Assembly: GCF_000185985.2 (NCBI RefSeq)
Contig: NC_014909.2
Location: 540,001-572,000 of the forward strand
DNA from: Candidatus Saccharimonadota bacterium
GTDB taxonomy: Bacteria > Pseudomonadota > Gammaproteobacteria > Enterobacterales > Enterobacteriaceae
Reading direction: 5' to 3'
Length of the DNA: 32,000 nucleotides
Made by a program: the position numbers and the translations under genes. Shown here in pieces: positions 10,794 through 23,390 of the stretch (position 1 is the stretch's first letter; each line of letters starts with the position of its first letter). The notes beneath the pieces were generated by a model that was given only the letters and a program-made list of their open reading frames with translations, searched no databases and was not told where the DNA came from.

Positions 10794-11762
10794 CTATATC
10801 AAAATAATAAAAGCAGTAATCAATAAATTTAATAAAGTTATAGGTAATAATAATTTCCAACCAATGAACATAACATGATCATAACGAGGCCTGGGTAAAG
10901 AAGCCCGAATTAATATAAATAATAATATAATGATACTTGTTTTAACAATAAACCATATTATAGAAGAAAAATAAGGTCCTGACCACCCCCCAAAAAATAA
11001 AACAACCATAAACGATGATATCACTATAATACTAATATATTCAGAAATAAAAAATAAACTAAATTTCATTCCAGAATACTCAACATGATAGCCTGCAGCC
11101 AATTCTTGCTCTGATTCTGGTTGATCAAATGGATGTCTATGACATAACGCTAAACTAGATATAAAAAACATAATAAATCCTAAAAATTGAGGTACTATAT
11201 TCCATAAGTTTTCTTGATCTTGTATTATATGCAATAAATTAAATGATCCAGCTTTCACAACTACTCCCATTAAAGATAACCCTAAAAATATCTCATAACT
11301 TAACGTTTGAGCAATAGCTCGAATAGCTCCAATTAAGGCATATTTATTATTACTTGACCAACCTGCAAGCAACACTGAATATACCATCAACCCTGATACC
11401 ATAAGAAAAAATAGTATTCCAATATTACAATCAAATATCACTGAATTAGGCATAAAAGGAATAATAGGTGCAATCATTAAAGACATAATAAATGCAACTA
11501 TTGGAGCTAACGTAAATATATATCGATCAGAAAAAATAGGCACCCAATCTTCTTTAAATATAATTTTTATCAAATCCGCTAATAATTGTAAAGATCCCTG
11601 CCAACCTACCCTATTGGGTCCGTACCGATTTTGAAAAAGAGCTAACAATCTACGTTCAATAAAACTCATGTACGCTCCACATGCCACTATTATAAACAAA
11701 ACACATACCGAATATGAACTAATCACTAAAAATTCTAATAATTCTGTAAAATTAACAATCAT
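10794..11762 (-). CDS. nuoH: NADH-quinone oxidoreductase subunit H
   Basis: The 322-aa ORF shows very high similarity to NuoH ([57 protein letters not shown]). Its ATG overlaps the nuoG stop in an ATGA junction (11759-11762). Confidence 0.96.
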   Translation of the reverse strand: MIVNFTELLEFLVISSYSVCVLFIIVACGAYMSFIERRLLALFQNRYGPNRVGWQGSLQLLADLIKIIFKEDWVPIFSDRYIFTLAPIVAFIMSLMIAPIIPFMPNSVIFDCNIGILFFLMVSGLMVYSVLLAGWSSNNKYALIGAIRAIAQTLSYEIFLGLSLMGVVVKAGSFNLLHIIQDQENLWNIVPQFLGFIMFFISSLALCHRHPFDQPESEQELAAGYHVEYSGMKFSLFFISEYISIIVISSFMVVLFFGGWSGPYFSSIIWFIVKTSIIILLFILIRASLPRPRYDHVMFIGWKLLLPITLLNLLITAFIILI

Positions 11763-14581
11763 TCTTTAAAAAATCCCTCTATACTTTCTACATACATACC
11801 TAAAAAAAACACAGGCACTCCTGGAAAACCTATTGGTAATCCAATATGTTTCTGAGGTAAATTAACACTAATTTTTATTGGTAAACGAAAACTATATCCA
11901 CCACACATAAATTGGACATATATAGCTTCTTTTAAATTAAACCGATCAGCATCTAATGAACTAATCATTGCATATACAGGAGGCATACAATCCTGAATAC
12001 ATCTCGTCCGCTGAGACATACAGTCGCTACCAAATAGATGCCAATAAGGAGCTATTAACCATCTATTCTCATTATTAACCGAATCAATTTTAGGAATCAT
12101 CATGTCAAACCACCTTGTCCTTTTATATATATCACCATCATTATTTTTACAATTTTTATGACTAACTCCATTAAATAATCGAATACCTGGATCTTTTGGG
12201 TATAAATTTCCACCTACTTGATCTTGAAATTTATTCCATGATTGAGGAGAATTCCAACCAGGAGCCCAAGCAAATGCTACCTGATTATATAGTGATTTCG
12301 TATTACGATGATTACCTTCCATTGAAAAAGTAAACATTGTTTCATTATTTTTCGAAATACAAGGTTCATGTATATTTAAATTTGAATGCATAGAAGTACG
12401 CCCACTATAACGATGTGTAGACTGAGCTATTTTTTGACCATGGACTCTAAAATTTGACTCCGGAGCTGCATATTTAATTCCAATCAATTCTGGAAAACAA
12501 TATACAACAGAATTTATGACATCATCAAGATGTAATTTTTCCGTTCTGATACAATTAGTATATGCATCATGTATTAAATACAACCACCTCCAACTTTCTA
12601 AAATCTCTGTATTTTTAGTATAAAAATTAGGATCATACAATCTAAAAAATCTTTGAGCTCTTCCTTCATAATTCACCACAGTACCATCGCTCTCTACAAA
12701 ATTAGCAACTGGTAAAACCAAACTCGCTTTTTCTTGAATTAAATTATATTGATGATCTAAAACTATTAAATAATTAATATTCTTTAACATATTGCTGATT
12801 CTTTTCATGCTGATGTAACGATATAAATCATTTTCTAACACAATAACAGTAGTACGTGATAATGAAGATCCTGCTGTTATATTACTGCTATCATCAGCAC
12901 ATAAAACGTCAAAGGCATCGTCAAGACTTTTATCAGTCATCATAGCTAAACCTATACTATTAACATCCTGAGTAATAAAAAGAATTCCTGCATCTTTTTT
13001 TATTTTTTTTAAAGAAACAGCAATATTAGCAGCAGCAATAATCAACTCTTTACTTCCAGCATTACTTCCAGAAATAATCAATGGCTTACGCGCTTTTTTT
13101 AATTGTTGCACCACTAGATTGAGCTTAACATTTAATTCAGTACTAAAATCTTTAACAAAAAAGTCTGTGCTATTTAATGCATGAGCTACAGAAAAACAAA
13201 ACCTAGCCTGATTTAATGCAGAATCATAATATGTTACCATAGCTAAATCATCTAATTTTGTTCTATCAAACCCAATAATTAACAATGGATATTGAACATT
13301 TTGGGATAAATTAGTTACAGATATAGATTGCCAATCAAAAATTCCTTCAGATTCTGCTATTTTACTTAATTTTCTTTTAACTGCTTGTCTTACTGATAAT
13401 GCAACACGCGCTCCAGTTTGGGTTATATCTTCTCCTAAAATCAATATCGCATCATAATCTTCTATCTCACGTACTGATGGAACATGAATTCCACTGTTAT
13501 TTAATATTTCAAGTATTAATAATAATCTCTCTTGCTCAGAAGAATTAACTCCAGAATAAAAATTATCTGCTCCAACTAAATTTCTTAAAGCAAAATTACT
13601 TTCAATACTTGCTCGAGATGACCCTATTCCAATTATTTTCTTGCTATCCTTTAAAAAATTTACAGAATCTTCTATAGCATTACCTGAATTAATTTTAATA
13701 TAACAATTATTATGGTACTGTTTTAATGGATTTGTTGGTCGATTACTAATATTCACATAACCACAACCAAATCGCCCTCGATCACATAGAAAATACCCAT
13801 TTATTTCACCATTATAACGATTTTCTACCCGACATAATTTACCATATCGCTCACCTACAATAATATTACACCCCACACTACATTGTTGACATATACTAGG
13901 GGCGAAAGTCACATCCCACTTTCTAGTATAGTTCTTTGATTGTGTTTTATCAGTAAACACCCCAGTAGGACATATTTCTACTAAATTTCCAGAAAACTCA
14001 TTTTCTAAAATACCATCTTGAACACGACCAAAATAAATATTATCGTGAATACCAAATACACCTAAATCATCGCCACCTGCATAATCTCGATAATAACGAA
14101 TACATCGATAACAAGTAATACAACGATTCATTTCATGAGAAATAAATGGACCTAAATACTGATTATAATGAGTACGCTTAGTAAATCTATAACGTCTAAA
14201 AACATGACCAGTCATCACCGTCATATCTTGCAAATGACAATTTCCTCCTTCTTCACATACAGGACAATCATGAGGATGATTAATCATTAATAACTCTAAT
14301 ATACTTTTTCTAAATTCTTTAAGCTCCTCTTCAAAAATAGAAACATACATATCTTTTTCTACAGGAGTCATACAAGACATAACTAGTCTGCCAGAATGTA
14401 CATTAATAGTATCATTTTTATACAACTTCACGGCACATTGCCTACAAGACCCAATACTTCCCAATTCTGGATGCCAACAAAAATAAGGAATATCAAAACC
14501 TAATGATAAACACACATCTAAAATATTTTTTGATTTATCTACAAAATATTTCTTACCTTCTATATAAACAGGAATCATCAT
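11759..14581 (-). CDS. nuoG: NADH-quinone oxidoreductase subunit G
   Basis: The 940-aa ORF has an N-terminal 2Fe-2S motif ([15 protein letters not shown]), the [18 protein letters not shown] 4Fe-4S motif and a molybdopterin-like domain. It is colinear with E. coli NuoG (~908 aa) apart from a few short lineage-specific insertions. Confidence 0.96.
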   Translation of the reverse strand: MMIPVYIEGKKYFVDKSKNILDVCLSLGFDIPYFCWHPELGSIGSCRQCAVKLYKNDTINVHSGRLVMSCMTPVEKDMYVSIFEEELKEFRKSILELLMINHPHDCPVCEEGGNCHLQDMTVMTGHVFRRYRFTKRTHYNQYLGPFISHEMNRCITCYRCIRYYRDYAGGDDLGVFGIHDNIYFGRVQDGILENEFSGNLVEICPTGVFTDKTQSKNYTRKWDVTFAPSICQQCSVGCNIIVGERYGKLCRVENRYNGEINGYFLCDRGRFGCGYVNISNRPTNPLKQYHNNCYIKINSGNAIEDSVNFLKDSKKIIGIGSSRASIESNFALRNLVGADNFYSGVNSSEQERLLLILEILNNSGIHVPSVREIEDYDAILILGEDITQTGARVALSVRQAVKRKLSKIAESEGIFDWQSISVTNLSQNVQYPLLIIGFDRTKLDDLAMVTYYDSALNQARFCFSVAHALNSTDFFVKDFSTELNVKLNLVVQQLKKARKPLIISGSNAGSKELIIAAANIAVSLKKIKKDAGILFITQDVNSIGLAMMTDKSLDDAFDVLCADDSSNITAGSSLSRTTVIVLENDLYRYISMKRISNMLKNINYLIVLDHQYNLIQEKASLVLPVANFVESDGTVVNYEGRAQRFFRLYDPNFYTKNTEILESWRWLYLIHDAYTNCIRTEKLHLDDVINSVVYCFPELIGIKYAAPESNFRVHGQKIAQSTHRYSGRTSMHSNLNIHEPCISKNNETMFTFSMEGNHRNTKSLYNQVAFAWAPGWNSPQSWNKFQDQVGGNLYPKDPGIRLFNGVSHKNCKNNDGDIYKRTRWFDMMIPKIDSVNNENRWLIAPYWHLFGSDCMSQRTRCIQDCMPPVYAMISSLDADRFNLKEAIYVQFMCGGYSFRLPIKISVNLPQKHIGLPIGFPGVPVFFLGMYVESIEGFFKE

Positions 14582-14611
14582 ATATTAATATCCATTTTTA
14601 ATATAGGCCAT

Positions 14612-14634
14612 ATAAATACATATGATGTATTTAT
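14612..14634 (-). other. Perfect 10-bp inverted repeat (hairpin) in the nuoF-nuoG intercistronic spacer
   Basis: ATAAATACAT-atg-ATGTATTTAT has 10-bp arms and a 3-nt loop. It lies inside the unusually long 120-nt spacer within the operon. It could fold in the polycistronic mRNA. Function is unknown. Confidence 0.3.
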
Positions 14635-14701
14635 CTGCTACACAAATATTTTTTATAATATCATTTTCATCAAAATTAATTCATTCTACAAAAATATTAA
14701 T

Positions 14702-16036
14702 CTAAATAATTTGAATAGTGGAAATTTTATTAGAAACATTCAAATTATTTAAATGAATTCCAGCTTCAAATTCACTGCGAAAATATTTTAAAGCACTTTG
14801 TAAAGGTTCTATTGCTCCAGGAGCATGTGCACAAAAAGTCTTTCCAGGTCCTAATAAATTACATAAATGCTCTAAAATTTCAATATCTCCAGGATCACCA
14901 TTATTTTTTTCTAATGAAATAAGTAATTTGACTATCCAAGGTAACCCTTCTCTACACGGGGTACACCATCCACACGATTCCCTAGCAAAAAATTCTTCCA
15001 AATTACGCATTAAACTAATCATATTAACAGTATTATCTATCGCTATTGCCATCCCAGTTCCAAATCTACTACCTATAATGCTAATACTATGAAAGTCCAT
15101 AGGTGTATCTAAATGATTTGGAATTAAAAAATCCGTACTGGCTCCTCCTGGTTGCCATGCTTTTAAATATAAACCATCACACATACCTCGAGCATAATCT
15201 TCCAAAATTTCCCGGGCGGTAATACCAAATGGTAATTCCCAAACTCCTGGATTTTTTACTCTTCCAGAAAAACCCATTAATTTAGTGCCAGAATCATTAC
15301 TATATTTATTAGAAAGATTTTTATACCAACTTACCCCATACTCTATAATACCAGGAATATTACATAATGTTTCAACATTATTAATACACGTAGGTTTACC
15401 CCACAATCCTGATTGAGCAGGAAATGGAGGTTTAGATCGAGGCACAGCCCGCTTTCCTTCCAATGCGTTAATTAAAGCAGTTTCTTCCCCGCAGATATAT
15501 CTCCCAGCTCCTGTGTGCAAAAATATATCTAAACTAAATTCAGTATTTAAAATATTTTTACCTAACAATCCTGCCGAACGTAATTCAGAAATAGCAAAAT
15601 TTAAATATTTAGCTGCAATCATGTATTCATAACGCAAAAAAATATAAGCAACCGAAACACTTAAAGCATATCCTGCAATCAATATCCCTTCTAATAATAA
15701 ATGGGGCAATCGTTCCATCAATAAACGATCTTTATAAGTACCAGGCTCCATTTCATCCGCATTACATATTAAATAATTAACCTTCAATATTGACTGATGT
15801 TTTATCATCATAGACCACTTTAAACCAGTTAAAAACCCACCTCCACCACGACCTCTTAATCTAGATTTATTAATTAATTCAACAATATCTAATTTAGATA
15901 AACACGTAATTGCTTTACGTAAAGCAAAATATCCATTTTTCGATTGATATTCGTGCAACCATACTGGTCGTTTATCTAAACGCATTCTCCAAGTCAACGG
16001 ATTACTTTCTGGATCCAAATATTTATTTTTCAGCAT
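14702..16036 (-). CDS. nuoF: NADH-quinone oxidoreductase subunit F (NADH/FMN-binding)
   Basis: The 444-aa ORF (E. coli 445 aa) carries [20 protein letters not shown], and the N3 cluster motif [15 protein letters not shown] start. Confidence 0.97.
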   Translation of the reverse strand: MLKNKYLDPESNPLTWRMRLDKRPVWLHEYQSKNGYFALRKAITCLSKLDIVELINKSRLRGRGGGGFLTGLKWSMMIKHQSILKVNYLICNADEMEPGTYKDRLLMERLPHLLLEGILIAGYALSVSVAYIFLRYEYMIAAKYLNFAISELRSAGLLGKNILNTEFSLDIFLHTGAGRYICGEETALINALEGKRAVPRSKPPFPAQSGLWGKPTCINNVETLCNIPGIIEYGVSWYKNLSNKYSNDSGTKLMGFSGRVKNPGVWELPFGITAREILEDYARGMCDGLYLKAWQPGGASTDFLIPNHLDTPMDFHSISIIGSRFGTGMAIAIDNTVNMISLMRNLEEFFARESCGWCTPCREGLPWIVKLLISLEKNNGDPGDIEILEHLCNLLGPGKTFCAHAPGAIEPLQSALKYFRSEFEAGIHLNNLNVSNKISTIQII

Positions 16037-16047
16037 AGTGTATTTAA

Positions 16048-16515
16048 TTATCGATATAAATTTAAGATTTTATTAATTTTTGATAAAACAATGTGTGAAT
16101 ATACATCCTCATTAATCATAATAACAGGAGATTTATCACACATACCTAAGCAACAAGTAGGCAATAAGGTAAATTTATTATCTTTAGTAGTGTTTCCAAT
16201 TTTAATATTTAAAATACATTCTAAAGTCTTTTTAATAGCATTACACCCAGTAACATAACAAACTATACTGTCACAGTATCGTATAATATTTTGACCCACT
16301 GGCTGTCTAAAGATTTGATTATAAAATGTAGCTACACCTTCTACATCTGATACCGATATGTGTAATATTTGTGCAATTAACACAATTGCATCATCAGATA
16401 CCCACCCGTAATTTTTTTGTACTATTTTCAATGCTTCTATAGAGGCTGCTCGGGTACTCTCATAGCAATTACACTCCTCCCGAATAATACTTAATTCTTC
16501 CTTAGTTAATTGCAT
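16048..16515 (-). CDS. nuoE: NADH-quinone oxidoreductase subunit E (2Fe-2S)
   Basis: The 155-aa ORF carries [26 protein letters not shown], and the Cys ligands CDS.VC...CCLG.CD. The N-terminus is about 11 aa shorter than E. coli NuoE. Confidence 0.95.
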   Translation of the reverse strand: MQLTKEELSIIREECNCYESTRAASIEALKIVQKNYGWVSDDAIVLIAQILHISVSDVEGVATFYNQIFRQPVGQNIIRYCDSIVCYVTGCNAIKKTLECILNIKIGNTTKDNKFTLLPTCCLGMCDKSPVIMINEDVYSHIVLSKINKILNLYR

Positions 16516-16605
16516 TATAATATATGTTGCATTTTATAACAGTTAATACATTATGAATAATATTCTACTATACTTCTATCTTTACTGTCATATTTATTTT
16601 ATTTA

Positions 16606-18396
16606 CTAACGATCTACATCCGACATCACAAAATCTATGCTACCTAAATAAGCAATTAAATCAGATATTAAACTACCCCTAATAACAGATGGAATTTGTT
16701 GTAAATGAGGAAAACTTGGAGTACGAATTCTAGTACGATAACTCATAGTATTACCATCGCTGATTAAATAATAACTATTTATACCTTTAGTTGCTTCAAT
16801 CATTTGTAATGATTCATTCGGTGGAATCACAGGACCCCAAGATACCTGCAAAAAATGCGTAATTAAAGTTTCTATATGTTGTAATGAATATGTTTTTTCA
16901 GGAGGAGTAGTTAAAGGATGAGTAGACTTAATAGGACCTTCCGGCATGTTATTCAAACACTGATCCAAGATACGTATACTTTGATACATTTCTTCTACTT
17001 TTAAGACAACCCTATTATAACAATCACTAATCCCGTTTCCTACAGGAACATCAAAATCGAAATTCTCATACCCAGAATATGGTCGAGATTTTCGTATATC
17101 AAAATCAATACCAGTTGCTCTTAACCCAGCCCCTGTTACTCCCCAATCTAACGCTTCCTTAACACCATACGATCCAATTCCACAAGTACGCTTTTTTAAA
17201 ATATCATTTTTTAAAGACATTTCAATATAGAATGCAATTCTCCTAGGCAGCCAAGACAAACACTGTTTTAATAAATAATCCCAATTATCAGGTAAATCAC
17301 AAGCCACTCCACCAATTCTAAACCAAGCCGGATGCATTCGAGCTCCAGTTATTGCCTCTATTACATCATATATTTTTTGTCTATCAGTAAACGCTAAAAA
17401 TACTGGGGTCATTACTCCTATATCTTGCAAGTAAGTGCTAACATAAAGCAAATGACTGTTAATTCTAAATAATTCGGATAACATAATGCGAATAACCTTT
17501 GCTCGATCTGGCACAATAATTCCAGCAAGCTTTTCAACAGCTAAAATATAAGGCATTTCATTAACGCAACCACCGAGATATTCAACTCGATCAGTATAAG
17601 GTATATAACTATGCCATGATTGACGTTCTCCCATTTTTTCTACCCCACGATGATGGTATCCAATATCTGGAACACAATCAACAATTTCTTCTCCATTTAA
17701 TTGCAAAACAATACGAAATACTCCATGAACTGATGGATGATTTGGGCCCAAATTAAGAAACATAAAGTCTTCATTATTATTACGTTGTTTCATCCCCCAT
17801 TCCTCTGGATTAAATGTTAATCCCTTCATCGCTAAATCTTCTTTTTGTTTTGTAAGAGTAAAATCAGGGATAAATTCTGTAGCTCGAGCTGGGTATTCCT
17901 TTCGTAACGGAAAACCTTTCCAGTATTTAGGCATAATAATACGAGTTAAATTTGGATGATTATCAAATTTTATTCCAAACATCTCCCAAGTTTCTCGTTC
18001 ATACCAATTAGCATTCATAAATATAGAAGTAATCGTAGGAACATTCATGGATTTTTCTAATAAAGGAACTTTTAAAATTATCTCAGAATTTATTGAAATA
18101 GACATTATATGATAAAACACTGTGAAATCAGCTTCCGGTAAATTCTCACGATGTATTCGCAATCTTTCATCAATACCATGTAAATCATACAACATCACAT
18201 ACGGTTTTAAATTACTCTTTAAAAATTTTATTATAGGTACTATTTTTTGACGCGATATCCACACTATTACAGCGTCGGTATAAGCAAATTGTACTATAAA
18301 ATTAGATGATCCAAATTTAGAAATCAAACTGCTCAAAATATAATTTTCTTCACGAAACAATAAATTATTATCATTATCTTTATTATTACTATTCAT
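16606..18396 (-). CDS. nuoC: NADH-quinone oxidoreductase subunit C/D (fused, as in E. coli)
   Basis: This single 596-aa ORF has a NuoC-like N-terminal half ([17 protein letters not shown]) and a NuoD-like C-terminal half ([30 protein letters not shown] terminus). Confidence 0.96.
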   Translation of the reverse strand: MNSNNKDNDNNLLFREENYILSSLISKFGSSNFIVQFAYTDAVIVWISRQKIVPIIKFLKSNLKPYVMLYDLHGIDERLRIHRENLPEADFTVFYHIMSISINSEIILKVPLLEKSMNVPTITSIFMNANWYERETWEMFGIKFDNHPNLTRIIMPKYWKGFPLRKEYPARATEFIPDFTLTKQKEDLAMKGLTFNPEEWGMKQRNNNEDFMFLNLGPNHPSVHGVFRIVLQLNGEEIVDCVPDIGYHHRGVEKMGERQSWHSYIPYTDRVEYLGGCVNEMPYILAVEKLAGIIVPDRAKVIRIMLSELFRINSHLLYVSTYLQDIGVMTPVFLAFTDRQKIYDVIEAITGARMHPAWFRIGGVACDLPDNWDYLLKQCLSWLPRRIAFYIEMSLKNDILKKRTCGIGSYGVKEALDWGVTGAGLRATGIDFDIRKSRPYSGYENFDFDVPVGNGISDCYNRVVLKVEEMYQSIRILDQCLNNMPEGPIKSTHPLTTPPEKTYSLQHIETLITHFLQVSWGPVIPPNESLQMIEATKGINSYYLISDGNTMSYRTRIRTPSFPHLQQIPSVIRGSLISDLIAYLGSIDFVMSDVDR

Positions 18397-18540
18397 ACGT
18401 TTATGATAAACTCATTGTATTAAATAAACATATCTACCCACATTTATCCATCCATTTTTATGTACTGATATAACTCAAGACATATATATGTAAAATCAAA
18501 TAAACACAAACCATATTATACTTTCTCAACATATAAAGCA

Positions 18541-19209
18541 CTAAACTTCTGTATGATATAATTCTGCAATACGAGAATCACGTTTACGTTCTCTCTCTGA
18601 TTGCATATTTATACGATATATTCCTTTATCTTTTATAATCCAAGAAAGAGGTCTTCGTTCTTCATAAATAGATTTTTTCAATAATAATAAAGCCTGAATA
18701 TATGCTTCAGGTCTGGGAGGACAACCAGGAATATAAATATCTACTGGAAGAAATTTATCTACCCCTTGTACCACAGAATAAATATCATACATTCCCCCAG
18801 AATTTGCACAAGCACCCATAGAAATCACCCATTTAGGTTCTAACATTTGATCATATAAACGTTGAATTACTGGAACCATTTTAATGAACGGAGTACCAGC
18901 TATAACCATGAAATCTGACTGACGAGGAGAAGATCGTAATACTTCTGAGCCAAATCGAGCGACATCATGTACAGCAGTAAAAGCAGTAGTCATTTCTACA
19001 TAACAACAAGATAATCCAAAATTGTAAGGCCATAATGAATTACCTCTACCCCAATTTACTATTTTGTGCAAAAAAGCAGTTAACTTTCCAAAAAAAACAC
19101 TTTTTTGAACACATTTCTCCAATGGATCAGAAACTAATTTTTGATCTTGTAACGGATATTGATCATTATCATTTGTATTTGTACGTACTGATGTTAAAGT
19201 ATATTTCAT
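18541..19209 (-). CDS. nuoB: NADH-quinone oxidoreductase subunit B (N2 4Fe-4S)
   Basis: The 222-aa ORF carries [18 protein letters not shown] and PGCPPRPEA. It is very close to E. coli NuoB. Its ATG lies 2 nt after the nuoA stop. Confidence 0.97.
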   Translation of the reverse strand: MKYTLTSVRTNTNDNDQYPLQDQKLVSDPLEKCVQKSVFFGKLTAFLHKIVNWGRGNSLWPYNFGLSCCYVEMTTAFTAVHDVARFGSEVLRSSPRQSDFMVIAGTPFIKMVPVIQRLYDQMLEPKWVISMGACANSGGMYDIYSVVQGVDKFLPVDIYIPGCPPRPEAYIQALLLLKKSIYEERRPLSWIIKDKGIYRINMQSERERKRDSRIAELYHTEV

Positions 19210-19211
19210 AA

Positions 19212-19646
19212 TTACCTATCATATTCTTTAAGTAATTTTAAAACATTATCTACATTTAAACAAGTTTTATTACTATTTTCATTTTTTAACGATGTTTCTA
19301 CCCAATTAAACGCTCCTGTACGTATCAAATAAACTAAACTTATTAATAAAATTATAATAAATATAAATATTTCAATAAAACCCATCCATCCTGCTTCCCG
19401 AACAGAAACAGACCAAACATATAAATATATCCCTTCTGCATCAAAAATTACAAAAATCATTCCAATTAAATAAAACTTAACAGAAAATCTCACCTTCGAA
19501 TTGCCTGTAGACTCAATACCTGATTCAAAAGGAACATGTTTCGATCGCGAATAAGATCTACCACCACAAAAATATCCACACAATAACATAAAAATACACA
19601 AAAGTACTGCACTTACTATATAAATACATATCCCTAAATACTTCAT
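19212..19646 (-). CDS. nuoA: NADH-quinone oxidoreductase subunit A
   Basis: The 144-aa ORF (E. coli 147 aa) has three hydrophobic segments, the PFESG motif and FV.FD.E. It is the first gene of the operon. ATG start. Confidence 0.93.
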   Translation of the reverse strand: MKYLGICIYIVSAVLLCIFMLLCGYFCGGRSYSRSKHVPFESGIESTGNSKVRFSVKFYLIGMIFVIFDAEGIYLYVWSVSVREAGWMGFIEIFIFIIILLISLVYLIRTGAFNWVETSLKNENSNKTCLNVDNVLKLLKEYDR

Positions 19647-19701
19647 ATATTTCTTTATTTGAATGTTAATAACACTATAATAATTTTTATATATTTACTA
19701 C

Positions 19702-19729
19702 ATTATACAAGCGTATTTATTTATGTAAA
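19702..19729 (-). promoter_or_regulatory. Candidate sigma70 promoter for the nuo operon
   Basis: Read on the minus strand this is TTTACA (19729-19724), a 16-nt spacer, then a perfect TATAAT (19707-19702), about 55 nt upstream of the nuoA ATG. It sits in the only 128 nt available between the folC stop and nuoA. AT-rich DNA generates such matches easily, hence the low confidence. Confidence 0.3.
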
Positions 19730-19774
19730 CATCCCATATTAATAATGCTATTAACTCATAATATAAAAATAAAT

Positions 19775-21061
19775 TTACATAATTTTCAATATTAATTTTA
19801 AAATAGGATGAACCGCATAAAATGAACCAAATACTAATATACAATCATCAATATCAGAATCATCAACAGCCTTATACCAAGCACTTATTATATCTTCAAA
19901 ATATTTCACATCAAACCCAGAAAAACAATCAAACACATACTTCATATTTGCAGAACATGGGGTATTTAAATCAGCACAATACCAAACATCAATTAAATTA
20001 TTTAAACACAACACAGTACTTTTAACATCTTTTCTACTTAACATTCCTATAACTATCCTCACAATTCCTTTTCTTTTCAAAACTATTGGATGTAATTTAT
20101 TTTTCACATGAGCAGCTGCATGGGGATTATGTCCTACATCTAACACTATAAATGGATTATAATTAACTACTTGAAATCTTCCTAATAAAACAGCATTTTG
20201 TAATCCATACTCAATAGATTTCCTAGAAACTTTAAAAGGCAACCAATGTAATATACTCAAAACAACAGCTGCATTTTCCAACGGAATAGATAAAGGCATA
20301 GGAAAATTTATTAATAATCCATGAGATTCACTATAACATCTCCATATCCATGTATTATCTTTACAACAATAAAAATCCCAGTCTCTTCCTCGAGCAAATA
20401 AAATTGACGAGCAATTCTTTGCTATCTCATCTATAACCAAGGGACGATCTATTTCTCCAACTATAGCCGGTCTATTTACTCGAAAAATTCCAGACTTTTC
20501 TATAGCAATTTTATACCGAGTGTCACCTAAAAAATCAACATGATCTATTGCAATATTTGTAATTACAGAAATATCCGGATCTATTATATTTGTAGCATCC
20601 AATCGACCACCTAAACCAACTTCTAAAATCACTAAATCTAATTTAAATTGTTTAAATATATTCAATGCAGATAATGTAATAAATTCAAAGTAAGTCAATA
20701 AAACACCACTACGTGCATTTTCAACAACAGACATTGATTTTATATGTATATCATCGGGTAATTGTTTTCCACACACACGAATTCGTTCGCTGTAAGATAA
20801 TAAATGAGGAGAAGTATATAAACCTACTTTAAAATTATTAAATAGTAATATCTGTTCTAACAAATAACATGTAGTTCCTTTACCATTTGTCCCACCTACT
20901 AATATACTATAAATTTGAAAAGGTATTAACTTTAAAACTGTTGCTACTTTTTTTATTCTATCTAAATTTAAATCAACTAAAACAGGATTTAAATTTTGTA
21001 TATAATCCAACCAATCTATCAATGAACATTTTTTTTTAATTGATTTAAAACAAGTATACAT
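19775..21061 (-). CDS. folC: Bifunctional folylpolyglutamate synthase / dihydrofolate synthase
   Basis: The 428-aa ORF (E. coli 422 aa) carries the GTNGKGTT P-loop, LEVGLGGRLDATNI and HNPHAA. It is adjacent to and downstream of accD, as in E. coli. Confidence 0.93.
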   Translation of the reverse strand: MYTCFKSIKKKCSLIDWLDYIQNLNPVLVDLNLDRIKKVATVLKLIPFQIYSILVGGTNGKGTTCYLLEQILLFNNFKVGLYTSPHLLSYSERIRVCGKQLPDDIHIKSMSVVENARSGVLLTYFEFITLSALNIFKQFKLDLVILEVGLGGRLDATNIIDPDISVITNIAIDHVDFLGDTRYKIAIEKSGIFRVNRPAIVGEIDRPLVIDEIAKNCSSILFARGRDWDFYCCKDNTWIWRCYSESHGLLINFPMPLSIPLENAAVVLSILHWLPFKVSRKSIEYGLQNAVLLGRFQVVNYNPFIVLDVGHNPHAAAHVKNKLHPIVLKRKGIVRIVIGMLSRKDVKSTVLCLNNLIDVWYCADLNTPCSANMKYVFDCFSGFDVKYFEDIISAWYKAVDDSDIDDCILVFGSFYAVHPILKLILKIM

Positions 21062-21199
21062 ATATCATGTCACACATTTTTATTTTATTTAAAATCTAAT
21101 TAATCACAGTATCTCATATTGGCATAAAACACATTTTTTACTACGATTTTTTATCATCTTATTAATAAGATTAATCTATTAAAAATACATAAAATTTCA

Positions 21200-22069
21200 T
21201 CACGCTTTCTTAATAGAAATTGACTGCTTAGTTAACTTAGATAATAAATTTGCCAACCTAATTCGCATATCTGGCCTACGTACAATTAAATCAATCACTC
21301 CTTTTTCTAATAAAAATTCACTACGTTGAAAGCCTATTGGCAATTTTTCTCGAACAGTTTGCTCAATAACTCTAGGGCCAGCAAAACCTATCAGCGCTTT
21401 TGGTTCCGCAATATTTAAATCACCCAACATTCCTAAACTAGCAGATACGCCACCCATGGTTGGATTAGTCAAAACAGAAATATATGGTAACTTTTTTTTA
21501 TATAAAAGAGATAAAACCGCGCTAGTTTTAGCCATTTGAATTAAAGATATAAAAGCTTCTTGCATGCGGGCTCCTCCGCTTGCAGAAAAACAAATAAAAG
21601 GACATTTAAATTTTAAAGCTTGATTAACACCTTGAACAAAACGAGCTCCCACTGCTCCCGACATTGATCCTCCAATAAAATTGAACTCAAAAGCAGCAGC
21701 AATAACTATCATATTATATAATGTTCCTTGCATAACAACCAAAGCTTCCGTTTCTTTAGTTTCTTTTTGAGCTGAAACCAAACGATCTTTATATCTTTTC
21801 GAATCTTTAAATTTTAAAATATCTTTAGGTACAAATTCTTTTCCCAATTCAAAAACACCATCCTGATCTAAAAAAGCAAGCAAACGAGCCCTAGCAGAAA
21901 TTTGCATATGATAATCACATCTAGGACATACCTTCAAATTACGTTCCAATTCTTTAGTATATAAAAGTTGCGAACAGTGACTACATTTAGTCCATATCCC
22001 CTCTGGAACATTCATTTTATGAGTAGCCAATATAGTATTTTTATTAATAATGCGCTCAATCCAACTCAT
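21200..22069 (-). CDS. accD: Acetyl-CoA carboxylase carboxyltransferase beta subunit
   Basis: The 289-aa ORF begins MSWIERI and has the Zn-ribbon CSHCSQ...CPRCDYH, FIGGSMS and [10 protein letters not shown]. The acidic, proline-rich C-terminal tail of E. coli AccD (304 aa) is missing. Confidence 0.96.
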   Translation of the reverse strand: MSWIERIINKNTILATHKMNVPEGIWTKCSHCSQLLYTKELERNLKVCPRCDYHMQISARARLLAFLDQDGVFELGKEFVPKDILKFKDSKRYKDRLVSAQKETKETEALVVMQGTLYNMIVIAAAFEFNFIGGSMSGAVGARFVQGVNQALKFKCPFICFSASGGARMQEAFISLIQMAKTSAVLSLLYKKKLPYISVLTNPTMGGVSASLGMLGDLNIAEPKALIGFAGPRVIEQTVREKLPIGFQRSEFLLEKGVIDLIVRRPDMRIRLANLLSKLTKQSISIKKA

Positions 22070-22334
22070 TGATCATCTTCTCAACTGAAAACACAAATAC
22101 ATATACACTGCCACCAACAAAATTTGATTCAACAACCAAAACAACACCATTTATATCCTACCTAACATTTATATTATAATATTTATATATAATACTATAG
22201 AAATGTTCTAAATATCACATTTCGTATATTACAAAAATTATCATTAATAATCCCCTTAAACATAAATAAACTTTTATACTCATGTATCTATAAAAACCAT
22301 ATCTATATCACTCACTAATTAATCTAAAAATTTT

Positions 22335-23102
22335 CTACATTCTCTCATCTGAAAGAAAAAAATGATCAGGATACTTCACTTCAGCTAAATACAAGCCATC
22401 CGCAGGAGCAGTCATCCCTGCCAATGATCTTTTACAACTCTTTAGTAATTCTAAAATCCATATTGCTGGCCGATTTCCACATCCAACTTCTACTAAACTG
22501 CCTACAATATTTCGAACCATACGATATAAAAAAGAGTTAGCTTGTATATCTATAATTACACACTGCCCTATACGAATAACTCGTAAATGATATAAATTCC
22601 TACATCTTGAATATGACTGACATCCTGCTGATCTAAATGCAGAAAAATCATTTTCTCCTAATAAATACTGAGCTGCTCTAGACATTTTGCAAACATCTAG
22701 TAATTTTGTATAATGCCAAGTTTTTTGAAAAAGAATTGCTGATCTAATTTTATCATTATAGATATAATAATAATAACGCCTAGAAACAGCACTAAATCGA
22801 GCATGAAAATCTTGTTTCATTAAACTTACCCAACGAATACAAATACTTCTCGGCAAATAACGGTTAACCCCAAACGTCCAAGCAGATTTCGAATATTTTA
22901 CATCAGTTTCAAAATGCACAACCTGTCCTAAGGCATGCACCCCAGAATCTGTTCGTCCCGCACAAAAAACTGAAACCGATTCAGCCGTCACTATATTTAA
23001 AGCATTTTCTACACAATCTTGAACACTAATTCCATTCTTTTGTTTTTGCCAACCACAATATCTAGATCCATCATATTCAATGCCTAAAGCTATTTTTTGC
23101 AT
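22335..23102 (-). CDS. truA: tRNA pseudouridine(38-40) synthase
   Basis: KIALGIEYDGSRYCGWQKQ and the catalytic GRTDSGVHA match TruA. The ORF track starts at 23141, but that codon is GTG and adds a hydrophobic 13-aa leader with no counterpart. The ATG at 23102 (MQKIALG..., 255 aa) aligns with the E. coli N-terminus. Confidence 0.9.
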   Translation of the reverse strand: MQKIALGIEYDGSRYCGWQKQKNGISVQDCVENALNIVTAESVSVFCAGRTDSGVHALGQVVHFETDVKYSKSAWTFGVNRYLPRSICIRWVSLMKQDFHARFSAVSRRYYYYIYNDKIRSAILFQKTWHYTKLLDVCKMSRAAQYLLGENDFSAFRSAGCQSYSRCRNLYHLRVIRIGQCVIIDIQANSFLYRMVRNIVGSLVEVGCGNRPAIWILELLKSCKRSLAGMTAPADGLYLAEVKYPDHFFLSDERM

Positions 23103-23390
23103 TATATTAAAAATAACAACCAATACAAAATAAAAATACACATATATAAAAAATATAATCCTTTTTTATTTTTCTACATTTATAGTACAAATTACATCTA
23201 TTACTTAAAATAAATAAAACTTTTTAAAAATTCAACTATATACTAACTTAATAATTACCTTGCTATCTTTATCTTACATACATACATAAAGAACTTTTTA
23301 TTTATTATAAAACTAACTTTATCTAAATAACAACACATAATATTTCTATCATTATATCAATACTCTTATATTAATTCTCCAAACAATCAT

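Noticed and set aside
19822-20025. 67-aa + strand ORF (Gln/Asn/His/Tyr-rich) inside folC
   Set aside because: It is antisense to folC. Its composition reflects the reverse-complement of AT-rich codons, and nothing independently supports it.
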